From the NCBI GenBank assembly GCA_026387835.1, contig JAPLKZ010000004.1, positions 73,931-105,930 on the forward strand: 32,000 nt of DNA, written 5' to 3'. Of this stretch, positions 8,550 to 17,062 are shown piece after piece. The translations under genes were made by a program, and so were the position numbers. The notes beneath the pieces were generated by a model. It did no database searches and was not told where the DNA came from. It saw only the letters and a list, made by a program, of their open reading frames with translations. Every line of letters starts with the position of its first letter. Within the stretch, counting starts at the first letter, position 1. Origin of the DNA: Candidatus Saganbacteria bacterium (GTDB lineage: Bacteria; Margulisbacteria; WOR-1; JAKLHX01).

Positions 8550-8622
8550 TAGCGCTAACGGGAGTCGAACCCGTGTCGCGGCCTTGAGAGGGCCGTGTCC
8601 TAGGCCACTAGACGATAGCGCC
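8550..8622 (-). tRNA. tRNA-Glu (anticodon CUC)
   Basis: Hand-folded cloverleaf. Acceptor GGCGCTA/TAGCGCT (G1-U72). D arm GTCT-AGTGGCCTA-GGAC. Anticodon stem CGGCC/GGCCG with loop CTCTCAA. T arm ACGGG-TTCGACT-CCCGT. No encoded CCA. Confidence 0.9.
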
Positions 8623-8635
8623 ATACAATAAAATT

Positions 8636-8644
8636 ATTATAGCA
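8636..8644 (-). promoter_or_regulatory. extended -10 box TGCTATAAT upstream of tRNA-Glu
   Basis: The plus strand reads ATTATAGCA. The hexamer ends 13 nt before the mature tRNA 5' end. Confidence 0.5.
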
Positions 8645-8645
8645 T

Positions 8646-9344
8646 TCAGGCCCTTAGCCTTTTTATTTCCTCTTCGGTCAAATGTCTCCATTTGCCGGTC
8701 ATGAGGTCCCCCAGTTCCAGCTCTTTTATCCTTATTCTTTTAAGTCTTACCACTTTCTTTCCTATCGCCTGGCACATCCTTCTTATCTGCCTTTTTTTGC
8801 CTTCTTTGATTATTATCCTGAAAGAATTTTTGCCGGTCTGTTTGAGTTTACAGGGTTTTGTCCTCCCCTCTTCAATGACCACGCCCCTTTCGAGCGACTT
8901 CAGCTCTTCAGCCTTTATCTCTTCAGCGTTTACTTTAACTTCGTATTCCTTCTCGCATTCGTATCTAGGATGCGTAAGGCGGTTCGCGAGCTCTCCGTCG
9001 TTCGTCAGGAGTATCAGGCCCTCGGAATCTTTATCCAAACGGCCCACGGGAAATACTTTCTCATTTATCTTGACAAGGTCAACAAGTGCCGCGCCCTGGG
9101 ACCTGGAACATGAAGATATATAACCCTGGGGTTTGTTAAGTGCAATATATATATTTTTCTGGCCAGGTTTTATAAGACGGCCTTTTACGGTGATCTCGTC
9201 TTTATCAGGATCGATGCTCTGCCCGATCATGGCAAGACGTTTGTTCGCGCACACCAGCCCGTCTTCGATCATCTTTTCGGACGCCCTGCGCGAAGCAACC
9301 CCGCACTGGGAAAGATATTTCTGGATGCGTATATTTTCTTTCAT
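8646..9344 (-). CDS. rRNA pseudouridine synthase, RsuA/RluB family
   Basis: 232 aa. N-terminal S4 domain (IQKYLSQCGVASRRASEKMIEDG) and catalytic GRLDKDSEGL motif. The start overlaps the DUF1667 stop by 4 nt. Confidence 0.9.
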   Translation of the reverse strand: MKENIRIQKYLSQCGVASRRASEKMIEDGLVCANKRLAMIGQSIDPDKDEITVKGRLIKPGQKNIYIALNKPQGYISSCSRSQGAALVDLVKINEKVFPVGRLDKDSEGLILLTNDGELANRLTHPRYECEKEYEVKVNAEEIKAEELKSLERGVVIEEGRTKPCKLKQTGKNSFRIIIKEGKKRQIRRMCQAIGKKVVRLKRIRIKELELGDLMTGKWRHLTEEEIKRLRA

Positions 9345-9703
9345 TCAATATCCCTTGTGAGGATGAGATCAAATCCGGTCCCAATAAAGTTTTTTTCAAT
9401 AACATCACCCGTTTTCCCCTGTGTTTTTATCCTGATATGTTTTATCCTTTCCATCGCATCGAACATCTTCTCTTTTGGTATCGGCTTGTTTGTCCTTACC
9501 GGCACCATCCTAAGTTCAAGGCCTTCCGCCAGTATCGTCGATGTCAGTATCCTCGCCGGACATTCTATTTCATTCTTCGCGTATGTCTCGCCTTTTTTGC
9601 ATTCATTGCCTTTTATGAACATGAACTTTCCCGACTCGGCCTCTATCTCGAGCCTGCAACTTTTGGGACATTCGATGCATGTTATCCGCTTGTTCTCTAC
9701 CAT
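9341..9703 (-). CDS. DUF1667 domain protein (small subunit of anaerobic-type glycerol-3-phosphate dehydrogenase clusters)
   Basis: 120 aa. N-terminal Cys cluster CIECPKSCRLE and the usual size and position downstream of two flavoprotein genes. Confidence 0.75.
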   Translation of the reverse strand: MVENKRITCIECPKSCRLEIEAESGKFMFIKGNECKKGETYAKNEIECPARILTSTILAEGLELRMVPVRTNKPIPKEKMFDAMERIKHIRIKTQGKTGDVIEKNFIGTGFDLILTRDIE

Positions 9704-9720
9704 ATTATCCTCAATTCAAT

Positions 9721-9805
9721 TAATGACTAATTACTAATGACTAATGTCTAATTAATGTAAAATATTATGATCTAATAATTATTCCTTAATTAGTCATTAG
9801 TAATT
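9721..9805 (+). repeat. AT-rich palindromic element, copy A (short variant, about 85 bp)
   Basis: The first 36 nt, AATGACTAATTACTAATGACTAATGTCTAATTAATG, are identical to copy B. The right arm is CCTTAATTAGTCATTAGTAATT. It fills the gap between two cistrons and contains the stop codon of gene 9786..10832. Confidence 0.85.
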
Positions 9806-10832
9806 TCCCTGATGCTCCAATATATTCTGCCGCCGTCCTCCCGGCTAAAATACTGTCTTTCGTCACAGAATCCGCTATATCATAGACTTTATACGAATTC
9901 CCGCAGCAAAATATTCCCGGGATAGATGTTTGATTTATCTGTCCGGAAACTGGGGAATTCGTGTTTTTATCTATCTGTGCACCGGCCATTTCCAGAAGTT
10001 CGTTCTCCGGTATTAGGCCTACCGACATCAGGACTGTGTCGCATCCGATATGGAATATCGAATCCGGAATATCTTTGAGGCTTTCATCGACATTAACCAC
10101 ATCAACACCTTCTACTCTGTCTTTTCCATAGATCCTCGAAACCCTGTGCCTGTAATAGATCGGGATATCAAAATCTTCTATACATTGGGAAATGTTCCTT
10201 TTAAGCCCCCTGCTCTCTTTAAGTATTTCGATGACAGCTTTTACTTTTGCTCCTTCAAGCGTGAACCTCCTCGCCATTATGAGACCGATATCCCCGGAAC
10301 CGATGATTACAACTTCCCTCCCAGGCAAAAGCCCTTCAATATTAATAAGCTTTTGGGCAAGTCCTGCCGAGAAAACACCTGACGGTCTCGTGCCGGGAAT
10401 ATGCGTCATCTCCCTTGTCTTCTCCCTGCATCCGGTCGCCATGATCACCGCTTTTGCTTTCACTTGCTCTAACCTTCCCGGCTTTATGTAAGTGATCACC
10501 TTTTCGCCCTCACCCTTCCCCTCTCCCAGAGGGAGAGGGTGGTTATCCATAGAATTGATTTCCAACTTCACCACGAACGACTTTAAGCTTATCTCGATCC
10601 CTTTAATATCCCTGACTTTTTTTATGAACCTGTCCGCGTATTCCGGGCCAGTTAAAATATCCTTAAAATATTCGAGTCCGAAACCTGTATGTATGCACTG
10701 GTTCAGTATCCCGCCAAGATACTGGTCTCTTTCAAGCAAAAGGATGTCCTTAATACCGCATTCATACGCAGAAATGGCAGCCGCCATACCAGCTGGGCCT
10801 CCACCGACGATTATTAACTCTCGTTGTTCCAT
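9786..10832 (-). CDS. FAD/NAD(P)-binding pyridine nucleotide-disulfide oxidoreductase (second flavoprotein of the G3P dehydrogenase-like set)
   Basis: 348 aa. N-terminal GGGPAG and a second Rossmann motif GSGDIG. The last codons KLLMTN and the stop lie inside repeat A. Confidence 0.85.
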   Translation of the reverse strand: MEQRELIIVGGGPAGMAAAISAYECGIKDILLLERDQYLGGILNQCIHTGFGLEYFKDILTGPEYADRFIKKVRDIKGIEISLKSFVVKLEINSMDNHPLPLGEGKGEGEKVITYIKPGRLEQVKAKAVIMATGCREKTREMTHIPGTRPSGVFSAGLAQKLINIEGLLPGREVVIIGSGDIGLIMARRFTLEGAKVKAVIEILKESRGLKRNISQCIEDFDIPIYYRHRVSRIYGKDRVEGVDVVNVDESLKDIPDSIFHIGCDTVLMSVGLIPENELLEMAGAQIDKNTNSPVSGQINQTSIPGIFCCGNSYKVYDIADSVTKDSILAGRTAAEYIGASGKLLMTN

Positions 10833-10841
10833 ATTATCTTT

Positions 10842-10942
10842 AAATGACTAATTACTAATGACTAATGTCTAATTAATGAAAATATTATTATTAAATAATT
10901 ACTCCTTCATTAGTCATTAAGAATTAGTCATTAGTAATTCTC
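10842..10942 (+). repeat. AT-rich palindromic element, copy B (101 bp)
   Basis: Differs from the reverse complement of copy C (29994-30094) at a single position (10922 A versus C). It contains the final codons RRITND and the stop of gene 10924..12396. Confidence 0.9.
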
Positions 10943-12396
10943 CTGCCCCCTTTTATCATCTCCGATCCTTTTCCTCTCTTTGTTATTTTGGTTATCGGGA
11001 TAAACATTTCCTCGGCCAAAATCTTCATCGCCCTTGTCGTGCAGAAGCTTCCGTGACATCTGCCCGACTGGCATCTCGTGCGGAACTTTATCCCGTCCAT
11101 CGTCCGCGCCCCGCGTTTCACGGCTTCCCTTATTTCTTTTGCCGACACCATCTCGCATCTGCAGATTATATCGCCGTACGAAGGATCCTTAGAGATAAAA
11201 TCTCTTATCTTTTTAAAAGGCATCTCAAAAATATGGACGGTCCTTTTTCTGTGTTTCTTAAAGAAAAGTTTTCTTCTCATAGACAGTCCGTTCTTTTTTA
11301 ATATGTCTTTGACCATCAGCGCTATCGCAGGAGCTGAAGTCAGCCCGGGTGACTGTATGCCGGCGACATTCACGAAACCCGGGACTTTATCCTCATGGCG
11401 GATTATAAAATCTTCGCCGGCTACAGGCCTGAGTCCCGCAAAATACGCGATTATGTCATTTTCGCTGATGGTCGGGATCATCTTCCGGACGCTTTCTATC
11501 ACCTTTTTCATTCCTTCATCCGTTGTTGAAAGATCTTCTTTTGAATCTACCTCTTCGGCGGTGGGACCTACCATCGGATTTCCATCTGCAGTCTTTATGA
11601 CAAGGATGCCTTTTGAGTTCTTTTGCGGAAGAGGAAAGAGCAAGTGTCTGGTTATATGCTCTTTTTTCTTATCGAGAATGAACTCCTCGCCTTTCCTGGG
11701 TTTGATCGTAAAAGTATCAATATCGACAAGTCTTGAAACATCATCAGCGTAAAGACCCGCACAATTGATCACAAACCGCGACCGGAAGGTTCCGTTTGAG
11801 GTGACGATCTCAAATCTGGGGTCATTGCTGCCGACATAATACGGGGATCTCTTTATGGAAACGACTTTTTCTCCGGTCAAAATCGTCACCCCGTTGGCAG
11901 CAGCGTTCTCCGCTATATCATAAACAAACCTGTACGGGCTTATTATGCCTGCCGTAGGAGCGAAAAGCGCCGCCACGACATCTCCAGTAAGATTTGGTTC
12001 ATTTGCTTTTAACCACGCGCGGTCAACTATCCGAAGTGACGGGACACCAAGCTTTTCCGCTTCGGCCTTGATCTCATTAAGACGTAATATATCTTCCTGT
12101 GAGGATGCAAGAATGAGCTCGCCGACTTCCCTGAAATCGACACCCAGCTCTTTCGCCCACTGCCTGACAAGTCTGTTTCCCTGCACGCAAAGCCTGCCTT
12201 TTAATGAGCCTGCAGGGTTCTGCGTTCCCGGATGGATTATCCCGCTGTTCGATTTTGATACTCCGAAAGCAAGCTCTTCTTCTTTTTCAAGGAGGGCTGT
12301 TGAAAGTCTATAGCGGGATAATTCTCTGGCAATCGCAGTACCTGTTACTCCCCCGCCGATTATCAGGACATCGTATATACCATTCATAGATGTCAT
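10924..12396 (-). CDS. FAD-dependent glycerol-3-phosphate dehydrogenase-like oxidoreductase with C-terminal BFD-like [2Fe-2S] domain
   Basis: DVLIIGGGVTGTAIARE dinucleotide fold. C-terminal CRCEMVSAKEIREAV...CQSGRCHGSFC is BFD-like. The start is uncertain: the track uses TTG 12423, and ATGs occur at 12396 and 12387. None has a clear SD. Confidence 0.85.
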   Translation of the reverse strand: MTSMNGIYDVLIIGGGVTGTAIARELSRYRLSTALLEKEEELAFGVSKSNSGIIHPGTQNPAGSLKGRLCVQGNRLVRQWAKELGVDFREVGELILASSQEDILRLNEIKAEAEKLGVPSLRIVDRAWLKANEPNLTGDVVAALFAPTAGIISPYRFVYDIAENAAANGVTILTGEKVVSIKRSPYYVGSNDPRFEIVTSNGTFRSRFVINCAGLYADDVSRLVDIDTFTIKPRKGEEFILDKKKEHITRHLLFPLPQKNSKGILVIKTADGNPMVGPTAEEVDSKEDLSTTDEGMKKVIESVRKMIPTISENDIIAYFAGLRPVAGEDFIIRHEDKVPGFVNVAGIQSPGLTSAPAIALMVKDILKKNGLSMRRKLFFKKHRKRTVHIFEMPFKKIRDFISKDPSYGDIICRCEMVSAKEIREAVKRGARTMDGIKFRTRCQSGRCHGSFCTTRAMKILAEEMFIPITKITKRGKGSEMIKGGRRITND

Positions 12397-12443
12397 TTTA
12401 ATGATGATGGCGGTATTTATCAACCGGTTGAGATCTAAATCGC

Positions 12444-12471
12444 GTGAAATTCCAGATAATTTTTAACGATA
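12444..12471 (+). promoter_or_regulatory. bipartite ECF-like promoter motif GTGAAAT-N16-CGATA (copy 3)
   Basis: GTGAAAT at 12444-12450 and CGATA at 12467-12471, with a 16-nt spacer. It lies 20 nt upstream of ATG 12492. Confidence 0.4.
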
Positions 12472-12491
12472 GATATAGTAGAGGGATATAA

Positions 12492-14699
12492 ATGGCTGTC
12501 TCGATGATCAACGGAGTAAGGGCAAATCCGCTTTACGTGAGCAAATCCGGCCCAAGATTCGCATGCATACAGACCCAGGGGATGGGACGTATTTTATTCG
12601 GTGCGCCTCCCGAAGTCATAAAGCATTTCATGCCTGACTTTTTTATTTCAAAAGACCCTTCCAAAATACCTACTACTCTAGTCGCTCCGAGGAATCTTTT
12701 TTCAAACGGGCATATTCTCCTTGAACCGGAGTTCCCTCAGTACGCTAATACGTATTTTGCGAACCGCAATCTCAGGATACTCGCGACCGGTGAACAGACA
12801 TCAAGGATAAAGACCATACTCGGAGAGGCAAATTTCGGACCTTTGGATATCATGCCTGCAGATATAAGAAGGGAGATAGAATATTTCGCGCCGAAGAAGC
12901 CCGACAGTACGATGAAGACCATAAACGACATGGTGGATTTTAGGGAACTGGATGAAAGATCGGAGTTCAAACTGAACGGAGTGACGATCAGGAACATCGG
13001 AGAGGGCGTTTTCAGGGTATCCGAGCACGGGAGAGAGATCGCCACTGTCGATACTTCGGTCTTTGAGAACAACGGTAACGGCAAGATCGAATTTGCCAAT
13101 CAGCCGTTCATACCGCCTGTGTTCGGGATGACATTCGTGGGCACGACAAGCGGATTTGATGCCTCCGGAAGGACTACAAGCATGATCCTGTGGGCCGGAA
13201 CAGGCAGGAAAGGCATCTTTATAGATCCTCTTTCAGACCCGCAAGCCGCGCTTGCTAAACTCGGGATAGAGGTGACCAGCATCCCTCACGTGTTCCTGTC
13301 GCACACGCATGCCGATCATGATGCGGGCGTGCTCGCAAGCGTACTGAACGGTAACAGGGTCAATCTCATAGCATCTGCCTTGACGTATGCAAGCTTTTTA
13401 AGGAAAGGACAAGCATACAGCGGGATCGACATCTCTCATCTAATAAGCTGGATAGAAGCTCGTTTTGGGGAGACGCTGAAGATCCCCGGAATGCCGGCGC
13501 TTGAACTCGATATATCAAGGGCCTTCCATTTTGTACCGACCACAAGGTTCATTGCGAGATTCACCGATAATATCCCCGGCCTGCCCAATCGCGAGAGATC
13601 GATCGCATACAGCGCAGATACCCTTTATGGTCGGGAAATCCTTGCCAAATGCAAGGAGATCGGCGTGATAAATACTGAAAGACACAGAGACCTCACGGAT
13701 TTTGTAGAAAAATGTCCGGCGGACAGACTTGTTCATGAAGCAGGCAATGTTCCCCATACGGACCCTTTGAATTTCGCGGGGCTTACGGACGAGATAAAAC
13801 GAAAGATGGTCCTGGTGCATACGGGCAAAGTTCCGGACGGCGTGAACATCCCTATCGCAAGGGAAAGAGAGACTATTCCGCTTATATCTTCAAGGGACGA
13901 GACCGCGGAAATATTCCAGGCTATGTCGGGCAATAGGATATTCGGCAGCCTTCCCGCACGCCTCATCTCGCAGGTCGCCCGGAATTCAAGGATGCGGCTT
14001 TTTATAGACGGGGAAAATATCGCCCGCGAGGGTGATCCCGGCGATAATTTTTATTTTATTATAAACGGCCATGCCAGTGTCGAGGCCAAAGGCATCCAGG
14101 CAGTGCTTAAAGCCGGGGACTATTTCGGGGAAGCAAGCCTTTTGACCGGACTTCCCAAGAACGCTACCATCAAAGGTCTCTCTTCGGGGTCTTTGATAGA
14201 GATCACGAGACATGATTTTGAGCTTATGATAAAAAAGGTCCCCGAACTGCGCAGCAGGCTCAAAAACGTTCTTGAAACAAGGCCTACACTTTCCCAGATC
14301 GTGTTCTTAAAAAACCTGAAAGCCGATGCCCTGGCCGACCTTTCGTCAAGGTTTGAAGTGAAACGCGCCAGAAAAGGACAGAAGATCATCAGGCAGGGAC
14401 AACAGGGAGATGCCCTTTACGTGATCAAAAAAGGACAGGTAAAGATCGTACACAAAAATGAAAAAGGACGGGTTGTACTGAAAGCTACTCTCGGTGAAAA
14501 TGAGGTATTCGGCGAAATATCTCTTGTAAAAAACATGAAATGCACCGCGACAGTAGAGATTGTTTCCGAAGGGGCGGAGTTGCTTCAGCTTCCCAGGAAA
14601 GAATTCGATGACATCAGGGAAGATATGCCGGGGCTGATCTTTCATCTCACCAGACTTGCGCAGCAAAGGCTTGATCAGCTCAACAAGAGCGCTAAATAG
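12492..14699 (+). CDS. multidomain protein: unknown N-terminal domain + MBL-fold metallo-hydrolase + two cyclic-nucleotide-binding (CAP_ED) domains
   Basis: 735 aa. HTHADHDAG is the MBL HxHxDH motif. Two CAP_ED-like segments follow (…YFGEASLLTGLPKNATI… and …VFGEISLVKNMKCTATV…). SD GAGGGA. Confidence 0.85.
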   Translation: MAVSMINGVRANPLYVSKSGPRFACIQTQGMGRILFGAPPEVIKHFMPDFFISKDPSKIPTTLVAPRNLFSNGHILLEPEFPQYANTYFANRNLRILATGEQTSRIKTILGEANFGPLDIMPADIRREIEYFAPKKPDSTMKTINDMVDFRELDERSEFKLNGVTIRNIGEGVFRVSEHGREIATVDTSVFENNGNGKIEFANQPFIPPVFGMTFVGTTSGFDASGRTTSMILWAGTGRKGIFIDPLSDPQAALAKLGIEVTSIPHVFLSHTHADHDAGVLASVLNGNRVNLIASALTYASFLRKGQAYSGIDISHLISWIEARFGETLKIPGMPALELDISRAFHFVPTTRFIARFTDNIPGLPNRERSIAYSADTLYGREILAKCKEIGVINTERHRDLTDFVEKCPADRLVHEAGNVPHTDPLNFAGLTDEIKRKMVLVHTGKVPDGVNIPIARERETIPLISSRDETAEIFQAMSGNRIFGSLPARLISQVARNSRMRLFIDGENIAREGDPGDNFYFIINGHASVEAKGIQAVLKAGDYFGEASLLTGLPKNATIKGLSSGSLIEITRHDFELMIKKVPELRSRLKNVLETRPTLSQIVFLKNLKADALADLSSRFEVKRARKGQKIIRQGQQGDALYVIKKGQVKIVHKNEKGRVVLKATLGENEVFGEISLVKNMKCTATVEIVSEGAELLQLPRKEFDDIREDMPGLIFHLTRLAQQRLDQLNKSAK

Positions 14700-14710
14700 A
14701 ATAGATTGTT

Positions 14711-16177
14711 TTATTTCTCCAGCGTTCTCTCAACCGCTTTCTTCCACCCCTCATAAAGTTCTTTTGACTTTGCAGTATTTTGAGGTTTAAATACTTTATC
14801 AGCTCTCCCGTATCTTTCAATTTCTTTCGTGCTTTTCCAGAAACCGACAGCCAGTCCCGCAAGGTAGGCCGCACCAAGAGAAGTGGTCTCTATGATTCTC
14901 GGTCTTATCACAGCTGTCCCGAGGATATCCGCCTGGAACTGGCATAGCAAATTATTGACCACAGCTCCCCCGTCAACCTTCAATCCATTGATCGTTAAGC
15001 CCGAATCCTTTTTCATGGCTTCGATGACATCCTTTGTCTGATAGCACATCGCTTCAATTGCCGCGCGGACAAGATGGGCTCTTTTTGTCCCCCTGGTCAG
15101 GCCGCAGATTAATCCTCTGGCTGCCGGGTCCCAGTACGGAGCGCCGAGCCCTGCCAGCGCAGGGACAAAGTAAACGCCTTCATTATCTTTTATTGAAAGC
15201 GCCAGTTTTTCCGATTCAGATGCTTTTGTTATCAATTTAAGGCCGTCCCTGAGCCATTGTATCGCTGCACCCGCTATGAAGACAGAACCTTCAAGAACAT
15301 AGACAGGTTCGCCTTTCGGGCCGCAGCCTAGAGTGGTGATAAGACCGTGTTTTGAATCTATTTTCTCCCTGCCGGTGTTAAGAAGCAGGAAAGCGCCCGT
15401 TCCGTAAGTGTTCTTGACCGTGCCAGGGTAAAAACACGCTTGGCCGAACAATGCCGCCTGCTGGTCGCCGGCTATTCCGCAGATTGGTATGCCGGCAGGC
15501 AGTTTTCCGGTCTTCACGGTCTCCCCGAACTTTCCTGATGAATTTTTAACTTCGGGAAGGATGCTTTCCGGAATGTTGAATATCTTTAATAGATCTTTGT
15601 CCCATTTTTTTTTTTTTATATTTAACAGCATCGTCCTCGACGCATTCGTATAATCCGTTGCATGGACCTTGCCGCCTGTCAATTTCCACAAGACCCATGA
15701 ATCAGTAGTCCCGAACTTTAATTGTTTAGATTTAAACTTTTTATCTCTTTTAAGTATCCACTCCGCCTTCGTCGCAGAAAAATATGCGTCTATCGGCAGA
15801 CCCGTCTTTTGTTTTATCTTTCTGCTTAAACCTTCAGCCTTCAACTTTTCACATCTTTTTGCCGTCCTCCGACACTGCCACACTATCGCGTTATAGACCG
15901 GTTTCCCTGTTTTTTTATCCCATACGATCGTCGTCTCTCTCTGGTTGGTTATACCTATCGCTGCTATCGATGAAGGATCGATCTTTGAAAGCACTTTTTG
16001 GATGGAATTATTCACGCTCTTCCAGATCTCTTCCGGCTTGTGTTCTACCCATCCTGGTTTTGGAAAATATTGGGGAAATTCCTCGTATGCGCTCGCAACG
16101 ATCGTCCCGTTCTTGTCATAGATGACCGCGCGGCTGCCTGTCGTCCCCTGGTCTATGGAAAGAATGCATCTTTTCAA
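14711..16177 (-). CDS. glpK: glycerol kinase
   Basis: 488 aa with canonical FGGY kinase blocks: [34 protein letters not shown]. Confidence 0.95.
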   Translation of the reverse strand: MKRCILSIDQGTTGSRAVIYDKNGTIVASAYEEFPQYFPKPGWVEHKPEEIWKSVNNSIQKVLSKIDPSSIAAIGITNQRETTIVWDKKTGKPVYNAIVWQCRRTAKRCEKLKAEGLSRKIKQKTGLPIDAYFSATKAEWILKRDKKFKSKQLKFGTTDSWVLWKLTGGKVHATDYTNASRTMLLNIKKKKWDKDLLKIFNIPESILPEVKNSSGKFGETVKTGKLPAGIPICGIAGDQQAALFGQACFYPGTVKNTYGTGAFLLLNTGREKIDSKHGLITTLGCGPKGEPVYVLEGSVFIAGAAIQWLRDGLKLITKASESEKLALSIKDNEGVYFVPALAGLGAPYWDPAARGLICGLTRGTKRAHLVRAAIEAMCYQTKDVIEAMKKDSGLTINGLKVDGGAVVNNLLCQFQADILGTAVIRPRIIETTSLGAAYLAGLAVGFWKSTKEIERYGRADKVFKPQNTAKSKELYEGWKKAVERTLEK

Positions 16178-16178
16178 A

Positions 16179-17003
16179 TCAGTCCTCTTTTTTCAGCCAT
16201 TGCATAATATCGTCAAATACTTTTTCTCTTCCCTTTTCTATCGAAAGCGCGTGCAGCATCTCGGGATATTGTATAAGTTTTTTATCGTCGACCTTCAGTT
16301 TTTTGAATATCTTTTTCGCGGCCGGGGGGTCCACCAGAGTATCTTTATCGTCACCTGCCAAAAGGAACAATACGGGTATCTTTATTTTTTTCGCATTCAT
16401 CGCCGACAATATCTGAGCAAATATTATTTCAAGAAGAAGTCTTGGGGTTGCGAACCTGTGCTCGTCAGGATTCTGGTCCATGACATTTTGATACTGCGTG
16501 TCCCGCGTGCACATCTTTGAATTAAAAGGCACTATGAACTGCTTTCTCGGGGCAAATATCACTGAAAGCAATATCGATATCATCTGGCCAGGAGGGAATT
16601 TTATCCTGCTTGCGAACGCCGGAGAGATGCAGATCAGGCCGTCGAACAGGTCGCCATATGATATCGCTATCATGAAAGATATCAGCGCTCCCATGCTTTC
16701 GCCGAGGATGAATATCTTTTTTCCGGGATGATCCTTCTTTATCATCTTATAAAGCAAAAGTATGTCTTTATAATAGGTCCGCAGCGAATCGATATGGCCT
16801 TTTAATCCTTTTGTCCTGCCGAAACCTTTGAGTTCGACAGCATAAGATGAGACATTGTTTTGTTTAAAATACTCGGAGAGGAATTGCCACCTGCCCGTGT
16901 GAGCGCCGAGGCCGTGGACCAGGAGCAACACTGCCTGCGGGTCATCGCACTGTGATTTTATGTATTCTATGCCATCTTCTTTGATAAGCTGGACAACCTG
17001 CAT
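16179..17003 (-). CDS. alpha/beta hydrolase (monoacylglycerol lipase / lysophospholipase-like)
   Basis: 274 aa with an HGLGAH oxyanion region and a GESMGA nucleophile elbow. Its stop is 1 nt upstream of the glpK start. Confidence 0.85.
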   Translation of the reverse strand: MQVVQLIKEDGIEYIKSQCDDPQAVLLLVHGLGAHTGRWQFLSEYFKQNNVSSYAVELKGFGRTKGLKGHIDSLRTYYKDILLLYKMIKKDHPGKKIFILGESMGALISFMIAISYGDLFDGLICISPAFASRIKFPPGQMISILLSVIFAPRKQFIVPFNSKMCTRDTQYQNVMDQNPDEHRFATPRLLLEIIFAQILSAMNAKKIKIPVLFLLAGDDKDTLVDPPAAKKIFKKLKVDDKKLIQYPEMLHALSIEKGREKVFDDIMQWLKKED

Positions 17004-17009
17004 GAGGGA

Positions 17010-17018
17010 ATTATAGCA
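17010..17018 (-). promoter_or_regulatory. extended -10 box TGCTATAAT, 6 nt upstream of the hydrolase ATG (leaderless geometry)
   Basis: The plus strand reads ATTATAGCA. Only TCCCTC separates the hexamer from ATG 17003. Confidence 0.5.
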
Positions 17019-17056
17019 TCTTTAAAAAGATCGGATAACCCGGCGGAAAGATAGGT

Positions 17057-17062
17057 TATAAT
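17057..17062 (+). promoter_or_regulatory. -10 box TATAAT, 6 nt upstream of the ABC ATPase GTG start
   Basis: GGTTATAAT-tgagtt-GTG, with no room for an SD. Confidence 0.35.

Noticed and set aside
9721-10942. CRISPR array, suggested by recurring short AT-rich repeats
   Set aside because: The repeats are internally palindromic composites rather than unit repeats with unique spacers. Spacing is irregular (1 kb and 19 kb), they are separated by full-length genes, and no cas genes are present.
12397-12423. TTG-initiated N-terminal extension (MINTAIIIK) of the G3P dehydrogenase subunit
   Set aside because: There is no SD. The extension precedes the Rossmann beta-1 strand by an atypically long hydrophobic stretch, and in-frame ATGs at 12396 and 12387 give a conventional N-terminus. 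The choice remains uncertain.
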